Source of the DNA: Piromyces finnis finn
Taxonomy: Eukaryota > Fungi > Neocallimastigomycota
DNA: 64,000 bases
Reading direction: 5' to 3'
Assembly (NCBI GenBank): GCA_002104945.1
Contig: MCFH01000081.1
Span: forward strand, 62,001 to 126,000
A model generated the notes under the pieces. That model was not told where the DNA came from. It was given only the letters and a program-made list of their open reading frames with translations, and searched no databases. Shown piece by piece: positions 54,509 through 64,000 of the stretch; position 1 is the stretch's first letter; every line of letters starts with the position of its first letter. A program made the translations under genes and the position numbers.

Positions 54509-56119
54509 AGATAAAAAGACATTCCCAACCCATGATAATTAAAATATAACTTTATTAAACTAGGGTAATAATATATATATACACTGTTGATAAACTTTAA
54601 TGACTCTATGCTTCTATATTTAAAAAAGTATACTTTTATTTTTTTCAACTTTTCCAGTTCAATGGAAGCAAAATGAACCAAAAAGAATGAGATGACTTGT
54701 TTGTAGGGTTTATTATTTATGGGGGGTGGCTGATACAATTTTTATAATTATCAAAGTATTTAACTGATTCATTGTTAGATAATTGATATTTTTAATATTT
54801 TAAATAGCATAGTAGTATTATTACCTTTATTTCATTTTATTAGTAATAACTAACCTTGTGGACTACCGCCGCCGTAAAGGTAATCCCTTTTTTCTTTTAG
54901 GAATTAGAATGTGAAAAAGAATCCTTTGTGTAACATTCAATTAAAGTTTTTTAGCGATGCGACAATGTTGCACAAAAATAAAATTAAAATTTATTATTAA
55001 ATTTTTAGAATCCTATTTAAAAATAATAATAAAATTTTATTATTTTTAATTAAACCAAAAAAGAAATAAAGAATAATTTCTATTTAAATAAATATATGAT
55101 ACAATATATTCTAATATATAAATGCATTTAATAGTGAAGTGGAGATAGAGAATGATATATTGGAATACATTTTTAATATGTGATGCAATAAGTTTACATT
55201 TAATTTTTATATTCTATTCCATGTATTATATATATAAGGGTAATCTATAAAAAAATTAATAATTTTTTTTATATAAAGGAAATATGGAATTATTTATTAG
55301 AAATAAAATTTTATAAGAAAATTTTTTATATTATCATTTATATTAAAAAAAATTTTTTTTTTTCTATATTATCTTTAAAGCTTTTGAAGTAAATAAATAT
55401 TTTTTTTTTTTTTTTTTTTTATTCATAAAATTAACTAAAAAATTTAAAAAAAATAAAAATTAATAAAATAAAAACTTTTTTTTTTCTAAAAAAAAAAAGT
55501 CATCAATACGACAATTATTATTATAGTAATAATAATAAAGTTAAAAAAAAACCAAAATATAAAATTAACAACAATAAAAAAAGTTTTATACTGCAATTTT
55601 CTTTCTTTTTTTTTTTTTTTCATATAGTTAAAGGAAATAAGAATTTAAAATTTAAAACTTTTTTATTTATTTGTTAATATTTTAAAGACAAAACTATTAT
55701 AAATAGAATACCTCTATTATTCAATATAACTTAATATTATTAGTATAATATTATTTTTGATTATTTTTTTTTATTATTGATAGTGTAGATCAATATAAAT
55801 ATACCATACCATACCTTAATTTTAAAAAAAGATTGAATAATCATAAATAAGTGAATAATAAATGAATTGTAAATATTAATTTATTTTTATTTTAGCCTTC
55901 CCAATTAATCCAATAAAAGAAAAGACTTGTAAAAAATAAAAATATAATTTTAATTTGTAAATCATATTATTATTCTCTGTTGAAATTATATAATAATATC
56001 ATATATCCCCAGAATAATATAAATCTTGTTTATAAGAAAAAATAGTTTTTATTATTATTATTATTATATATACATATATTTATTATCATTAAATTATTGA
56101 AAAAAAAATATATTTAATA

Positions 56120-58551
56120 ATGGAAACAACTGTAGAAAAAACAAATAAACTTATTCCAGTAAATAATAAGCAGAAAGTTATTCTTGGAACTACTTCTTTT
56201 CTTGTAGTTAGTAGTTTAACATATGCTATTCATTATCTTCGTAATAGAAGTAAAAGATTAGCTGCTTTTGCAGAACATTATCGTCTTAATGAATATGGAA
56301 TGCTTTATTTAGACGAATTTAAATCAAAGCAAACTAAAAGGTTAACTAGAAAAATGTTAAGATATGTTGTTGCTCATGAAGCTGTTTTAGATGAAGATTT
56401 AGAAAATGAATTAAGATTACCTTTATTCAAAGAAAATATTAAACATATCATTAAACAAATACAAGACCATAAAAATAAAGGAAGAATTCTTTTATTTGAA
56501 TCTTCACCTGGTTATGGTGTAAGATATGCTATTCAATCATGGTCAATTACTGAACATAAGCGTAATAAAATTATTTTGAATCTTGATTTGCAGGACTACT
56601 TTTCAATGCTTTATCAACAAGATAAAACTGTTTATTGTGGTGATAGTGAACAATTTATTTATGCTATTTTAAATGTTTTTGGTTATTTCTCATTTGGTAA
56701 GTTTAAAAATTAGTAATAATTAAATAAGCATAAATAATGCTATTGTTCATTCCTATTAAATTAATGATATACCTATTTTTTATTTGTCATCTAGATGATA
56801 CCTCAAATAAGTATGTTAGAATTGGTTCTTCTTCATCAAATTCATCAGTTTCTTCACGTTGTCTTTCTGAAGAGTCCTTTTCAAATCAAACCATAAGTGA
56901 AAAATTAGAAGAAAAATTAAATGAAATTGAAACCGTATTGAAGATTGTAAAAGCTAAAAGTTTTCCAGTAACATTAGTCATCAAAAATATACATTTATTA
57001 TTTAATGATTCTGGATCTAATAATAGTCAATACGATAAAATAAATGAAATCTTTGCATGGCTTTTGAAAAATGAAAAAGAAGGATTATTAGAAGTTATTC
57101 TATGCAATTCCGGAACATCATTGGTGTCAGTCATAAGAAAGTGTAAGCTAAAATTGAAATAATAATAATATAAATATATTTTATAAAGTAATAGTTTTAA
57201 AAAGATAATAGTAATAATAATATAAATATATTTTATAAAATAATAGTTTTAAAAATATAATAGTAATAATAATATAGATATATTTTATAAAATAATAGTT
57301 TTAAAAATATAATAGTAATAATAATATAGATATATTTTATAAAATAATAGTTTTAAAAATATAATAGTATTGTTAAATATTAATTATTATTTATTATTTT
57401 AATTAGTCAAGGGTTACTCTGACAACTTAGATTTTAAAACTTTTGAATTAATGAATCCAAAAGCTGTACAAAAATATTTAATGGAGCAAGTTAATATAGA
57501 TCTTGATGATAAATTCAAATTTACCAAAGAAAATTCTCAAGAATTTATTAACCATTTTTCATCTAATTTCAACGAAATTGAAGATTATCGTCAATCAAAT
57601 ATTTCTGTGGATAAGTTTATTAGTATAAGAAGAGGGGAACAAGTTAATAAAATTAAAAAGTTTTTCAAGGAAACTCCTGGTTTTGATCCATTAACTGCAT
57701 TAGCTGATCCATATGTTACACCACCAATTGAACATTTAAAAGATTGCATTTTAGAAATGATGATGAAAGATGGTATTTTAACGTTGGACAATGTTTTACC
57801 AAATATTGATAATCATCATCTCTCTATTCATGAACAAGAATTAAAATATGAATTAATATTAAAATTAATTAATTGGGGTATATTCAAATGGCAATCCGTC
57901 ACAAAGAATGATAAGTCAAAAAAATCCCTTTTTGAAACTTCAAAATCACATTTATTAAATTTAACCTCAATTACTGGTGTTACAATTATTAATGGTGTCA
58001 AGGATAGTATAAAAATAACTGAAGGAAAAATCAATAAAAAGCTTAGCGCTGTTAATGTAGATAGTGATAATAGTAATAGTAGTAATAATAACAATACTAT
58101 TAGCAATAATAATAATACAGACATAGATATTTATGGTGATAGGTCCAGGAATATTAATATGGACGAAATCAAAGAAAGAGATGTTATTACCACAAATGTT
58201 TTTGATAATTATAACAATACTCCTGTTTTATCAAATTCAGGTTTTAAGGATTTTGATAATAGCAATAATAATTTTTATAATGATAATGATCTCTATTACC
58301 ATGATTATACCAATTCACAATCTATAACACCAGTAAATGAATGGAAAGATTACATACCACCAACTGTTCCAGTAAAAAAAGATTATATGAGTTCATTTGG
58401 TTACGACTATTCTCATAATGATATATGGGAAAGTGAAAAGAATCAAAGAGAATTATTGAAAATAAAAAAGAAAGAATATCCATATGAATTAACGTATCAT
58501 AACTTATTTATAAAAGAACATTTAGAACATTGGTTTAATAGTATTTTATAA
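56120..58551 (+). CDS. N-terminally membrane-anchored, degenerate P-loop (archaeal ATPase/AAA-like) protein with probable winged-helix region, 3 exons
   Basis: Exons 56120-56696, 56795-57142 and 57407-58551 join in frame. TM segment VILGTTSFLVVSSLTYAIHYL is followed by ILLFESSPGYGVR (Walker A position), IILNLD, VTLVIKNIHLL (Walker B position), EVILCNS and FELMNPKAVQKYL, in the order of the archaeal ATPase fold. Confidence 0.6.
57161..57368. repeat. 52-bp tandem repeat, 4 copies, filling most of an intron
   Basis: Unit AATAATAATATARATATATTTTATAAAATAATAGTTTTAAAAATATAATAGT starts at 57161, 57213, 57265 and 57317. Confidence 0.92.
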
Positions 58552-59669
58552 GTTATGCCAGTAATCAACTTAAATACCAAGAAAGTATACTGTAAATTGC
58601 TAATATAATCAATGGGTGTTATTTAAATGTTTATAATTATTTATTTATCTTTTTTATTTTCTTTTCAATAATTTAATTTATAACAAATACAATACTAACA
58701 ACAATAATAATAATATTAAAAAACAAACAAAAAGTAAACAATAGATCGTAAATTCTTTTCAAAAAAAAAAAATTTTTTTTTTTTTTTTTTTCAATTTTAA
58801 ATTATACATTCCATCATTTGATTATCATCATAAATATATCTTTATTTAATATGATATTTTATATATCAATCTATTTAAAATTAATATAATAAGAATAGTT
58901 TTTAATGTAACTATTAATCTAATGTTAATAATTAGTATAATCAAAACTTTACTAATACTATTACTCATGATAGGAACAAAAATCAAAAACATTTTATTTA
59001 TAGTAATAGTAATAGTGGTAATTAATAATAATAATAATATTCAGTAATATTGAATTTTTATAATAGTTAATTTTTTTTTCTTATCTACGACTCCGGAAGA
59101 AAACGAAAAACCCTTAACTAATATAACAATTCATTATCTTAAAAAAAAAAGTTAAGATAAATACTATGAATAATTTCAATAAGAAATACAAAACTTTAAA
59201 AAAAAAAATACTCAAGCTAATAATAATAAAAAAGAAACATTCTAAATTAAAAATAATAATAAAATAAAAAAAAACAAGATGTTAAACATCTATATATAAA
59301 AATAAAATATATAATAAAATATAATAATAAAAAAAAAAGAAAAGCACAAATATATGAAATTAAAAATGAATAATAAAATCCAAATACCGAATAAATAAAT
59401 AATAATGGTTAAAAAAAAAAAAAAAAAAGAAACTACAAATGGTAACAAAAGATAAAACAAAAAAGTTTAAACAAAAAGTTATAAAGATCAAATACATACT
59501 AAAAAAAAAAAAAAGAAACATAAATACCTTTAAAGAAAATATATATATATTAGATTATTAAAAAAAAAAAAAAAAACATTTTATTATCATTATTTAATAA
59601 TTGATAGTACATATAACCCTATAACAATAAAAAATAATTATCGATTATATAAATTGTTAAAGCATTATA

Positions 59670-59705
<36 letters not shown>

Positions 59706-60694
59706 TTTATTTTGTTAATTTAGCGAGATTTGTAATTTATTCATATGGTTACCATTTATAGTGATATATAAAAGATAAATATTATTAGAAGTATCAATTT
59801 AATGATAAATTAGTAATATTATTGTTTTTATATATAAAAAACCCCGTCTCACCCACACTAAAATAATAAATATAGTTATTCCTTGATATACAAAAATAAT
59901 GGGTAATATATATTTATTATAATAATCTCAAAATATACTATTAATGAGATGTACTAAAATAAAAAAAAAAGTACCTTTGTACCTCATTGATTTAACTCTT
60001 AATCATGATGATATTATTTTTATAATATTATTTTTTTTATAAAGTTTAGATTATTAATACAATAAATGATTGGCTTGAATCCTAATATTTTTTATGAATA
60101 TTGTCTTTTTAAATTTTTCAAATTAACTTATTTTTTATATTTAAGCTTTTTTTTTTTTTTTTTAAATATACATATTATATATATATTTTATTTTTCTAAA
60201 GTAATATTTTGTTTAATAATTCTCTTTTTATCTTTCTCATTACTTTCTCTATTTCTTTTATTTAATTATTATTTTACTATTTTATTATATTATATTTTAT
60301 TTTAATTTTAATATCATAATTAAAAATTAAAAAAATTTTTTTTCTTTCCAGATTTAATGTACAATAGATTAAAAAATTGTAATAAAGAAATTTTATAATT
60401 CTATATAGTTTTAAATAAAAATAAACTTTTTATATTTCATTATTAAAATTTATTATAATAATTTCTTTCTTTCTTTTTTTTTTTTTTATTTTATTTTATT
60501 TTAAATATCTAATTTTTTATTTCTATTTCCTCCGGTTTTTTTTTTTTTTTTCTTCTTTCTTTCTACTTTTCACTTTATCAATATACATATTATTATATTG
60601 CTTATAAAAGTGTCTTTTTTTTTTTTTTTTTTTTTTTTGTATGAAAAATACAATATAATTTTAATTGAATTTCAATAATTTATTATTATTGATA

Positions 60695-63600
60695 ATGACT
60701 AGACATCAAATAGAGAATGAAATAACTGCGCATACAACTTTGAATAAGGAAAATATTAATATTAATGAAAATATTAATATAATTGGAATCAATATGAAAA
60801 ATGAAAAGAATAATGGAAATAAAAAGGGATTTAGTGTTTTAAACAAAACATCTAATTTATCTCAAAATGAAAGTACAAATTTTTATATTGCACTAAAAGA
60901 GGAAAATATCACTAAAGTTATAATTGATGGTGGTAGTGAAGAGGAAGAAAATTCAAAAAAAGAAATATTTAAAAAGAAAGACAATTTAAAAAAGGAAAAA
61001 ATAAAAGATGATATATGTAAAAAAAAAATCTTAAAAGATTCAACAACGGAAAATAAAAAAATCGAGAAACTTTATAAAGTTCAATTATTAGATAAAAAAG
61101 ATTTAACAGAAGCAACCGAAGATGAAAAAAGTATTTCAGCTATTGTTTTAGATGATATAAATATAAATGTAACAAATTCATTACCAAAAGAAAATAATTT
61201 AAAAAATCGTGAAATTGAAAAAGACGTTACAACTATTGTTTTAGATGATTTGAATAAAACAGAGGTACTTTCAAAAAAAGAAAATTTAAAAAATCAAGAA
61301 AATGAAAAAGACATTACAACCATTATTTTAGATGATTTGAATACAACAGAGTTGTTACCAAAAAAAGATAATATAAAAAATTTAAAAAATGAAGGTGATA
61401 CAACATTGATAGATAAGAAAAATAATACGGAGTTACCAGAAAAAAAAAAGTTAATAAAAATTGATAATAAAAAAACCGCTGATAAAAATAGTACTAGTTT
61501 ATTGAAAAAAGAAGATACCCAAGATTCTGAAGAGAATAAAGTTAAATATTCAATGAGGAAAAGAGAAACAGTAAATTATAAAGATGTTCCGGCTTCATTT
61601 TATTATGCTGGGCAATCAAATAATAAAAATAAAAAAAATTACTTGGAAAATGGAATTTCCAAGAATAAAGATACCCCTCAAAAAAGTAAAAAGATAAATG
61701 AAAAGCCTAGTGAGGCAAAATATTCAATGAGAAAAAGAAAAAATATATGTTATAATGATAATCAAAAATATTTTTCGAATTCGTCAAATGATGTAAATGA
61801 TGATATTAAAATAATAGAAATAAAGAAGGAAAACAACAATAAAAAAGAAGTAAAATCAAATAATAATAAAAAGGATACCCCACTAACATTAAGATCAAGT
61901 AAAGATGTAGGAAAGGAAACATTGAAAGACCAAAAACCTAGGGTAGGGAAACAAAAACCTAAGTTAAAGGTTCATTATAAACTAAGATCTAGTGATAAAA
62001 AAACAATTTCTGAAAAGAAAAAGATAGTAAAACAAATAATAATACTGTCACCACCAAAAGAAAAATGTATTAATAAAAGTAAAGAATATAAAACTAGAAG
62101 ATTAAATCAACTTGCAAACGAAAACACCGTAGGTAAAATTAAAGAAATATTTTCAACACTTCCATTATTTAAAGGATTTAATTGTTCTTATAATATTATA
62201 AATGATGAAGAAATAGAAGAATTAGCAAGTGATGAGGATGAAGACACAAAATTAGAGGAAGAAGCGAAAGAATCAATAAATGACAATGAATCAATAAGTG
62301 ATAATGATTTTGATGATGATTTTGAGGAAGACACTAATATTCAATATGAGTTACAAAGACCAACTATATCGATACCAAATGAAAAAATAGATAACATGAT
62401 GGAAGATAGTTTATATTCATATATTTCAAGATTTACAAACTCTAAATTGAAGGATTATATGAATGTTATTAAGTTAATGAAAGACCCATTAGCTAATTTT
62501 TCATTCCAAAAATTTAAAAAGAAAAAATATTATACTACATTTACCGAAACATTATTATCTATAAAAAAGAAGGATTATTTATCTTGTGGTATATATTCAG
62601 ATGAATATAGATCTGGTGTAAAAAGAAGAAAATTATGCTCAGCATCACATGATTTAGAGTCTATAGAAAAATTGAAAAAGACTTTTAAATTTCCAAAGGT
62701 TATTTATTATGGTGAATTATTATTAAATGAACAGCAAGATTTTAAACTACCGATAGATATTTATTTAATGGTTAAAGATCCTCAATTTAAAAAGGTAAGA
62801 ATTTAAGCATTTAAAATTAAATACGTTTTAATATTATTATAGTAATATATTTAATAATATTATAAATAAATTTTTATTTCAAATATATTAATTAGATGCT
62901 TGATACCATACCAAGAGTTGGTATACCTAATTTTAAGGAAATAAGTCAAAGTAATTATAAATACTTTTTTTTTTCATATATATTAATAAAAAAAAAAAAA
63001 AAAGGAAAATATTGATATATAAATTACAAACCTTATCATTTATTAACATGAATATTAAATATATCCTTTTAATGTTTATAGATATATATCTTGTTAAGAA
63101 ACCACTTATAAACGAAGCAAGGGATTGTAGTTGTAAAAAAGGTGATAATTGTGGAGAAACATGTTTAAATCGTCTAAGTTTAATCGAATGTGATCCTAAA
63201 CGTTGTCCGTGCGGTGATAGATGTACAAATCAACGTTTTAATCGGTATAATAAAAATAGTAAAAAACTTAAAGTTTTTTGGGTATGTTAAAATGTTATAA
63301 CTAAACTATAATAATAAAAAATATAATTATTTTTCCATACAATTATAATTACATCTATTTATAAATAATACTTTCAAGGATCAAAGAATTAATTCTTATT
63401 TATATAATAATTTTAATGGTATCATACTATAGACGGGAAACAAAGGATATGGATTAAAAACAGAAAATCCAATTAAAAAGGATGAATTGGTTATTGAATA
63501 TACTGGTGAAGTTATGTCTAATAAATCGTGCATTGATCGTTTAAATACTATTTATAAAAATATGAATTCATTCTATTTTATTGATTTTGGTGATGGTAAA

Positions 63601-64000
63601 GTTATTGATGCATGTGAAAAAGGAAGTATAGCACGTTTTGCAAATCATAGTTGTGAACCAAATTGTCATATAGAAAGATGGTTAGTAGAAAGTAAAAAAA
63701 ATAAAAAAAAAAAAAAATAATGAAACTATTTTTTATATCCCACATTTTTTTTTTCTATATTAATATTTATTATATATATATATATATATATATATTTAAT
63801 GTTTTTGAAATTTCTTTTATAACATATAAAAGGACGGTTAATGATGAAGTAAGAGTTGGATTATTTGCATTAAGAGATATTAAAGCTGGTGAAGAATTAT
63901 TATATGACTATAATTTCCATAGTTTTGGTGAACAACAAAAATGTAATTGTGGAAGTAAAAATTGTCGTGGTATTATTGGTGTGAATAGACAACATCCAAC
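60695..64000 (+). CDS. ASH1-like H3K36 methyltransferase (AWS-SET-postSET), incomplete at window end
   Basis: The first ATG is at 60695 (the ORF track starts at a TTG). Contains DFKLPIDIY (fungal Ash1-type pre-AWS motif), [49 protein letters not shown]...IEYTGEV...[12 protein letters not shown]...[10 protein letters not shown], and post-[19 protein letters not shown]2 is the alternative, but Set2 has a short N-terminus. Confidence 0.85.

Overview
Extremely AT-rich, intron-rich eukaryotic genomic DNA. Fungal-type genes (RTT109, SEC66, PCL-type cyclin, Ecl1-type zinc finger) occur with a ciliary transition-zone gene (TMEM216-like). Together with the base composition, this points by inference to a zoosporic fungus, most likely an anaerobic gut fungus (Neocallimastigomycota). 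By splicing manually I support 17 protein-coding genes: PP2C, PCL-like cyclin, MIA40, UPF2, DPY30, TMEM216-like, NAP1, Ecl1-like, ICln/Lot5-like, SEC66, GYP1, JTB-like, RTT109, PUP2, SYS1, a membrane-anchored pseudo-ATPase, and an ASH1-like SET protein that runs off the right end. Several were missed or only partly captured by the ORF track. There are also several tandem repeats and one weak intronic C/D snoRNA candidate. I found no tRNA, rRNA, CRISPR array, intact transposon or clear novel multi-gene system. The most interesting signals are a cyclin lacking both CDK-contact residues, a dead P-loop ATPase, a short soluble Mia40 in a presumed anaerobe, a 4x repeated Rtt109 tail motif, and widespread poly-A/AAG 3' splice sites. 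All family calls come from motif recognition by eye, not from database searches.
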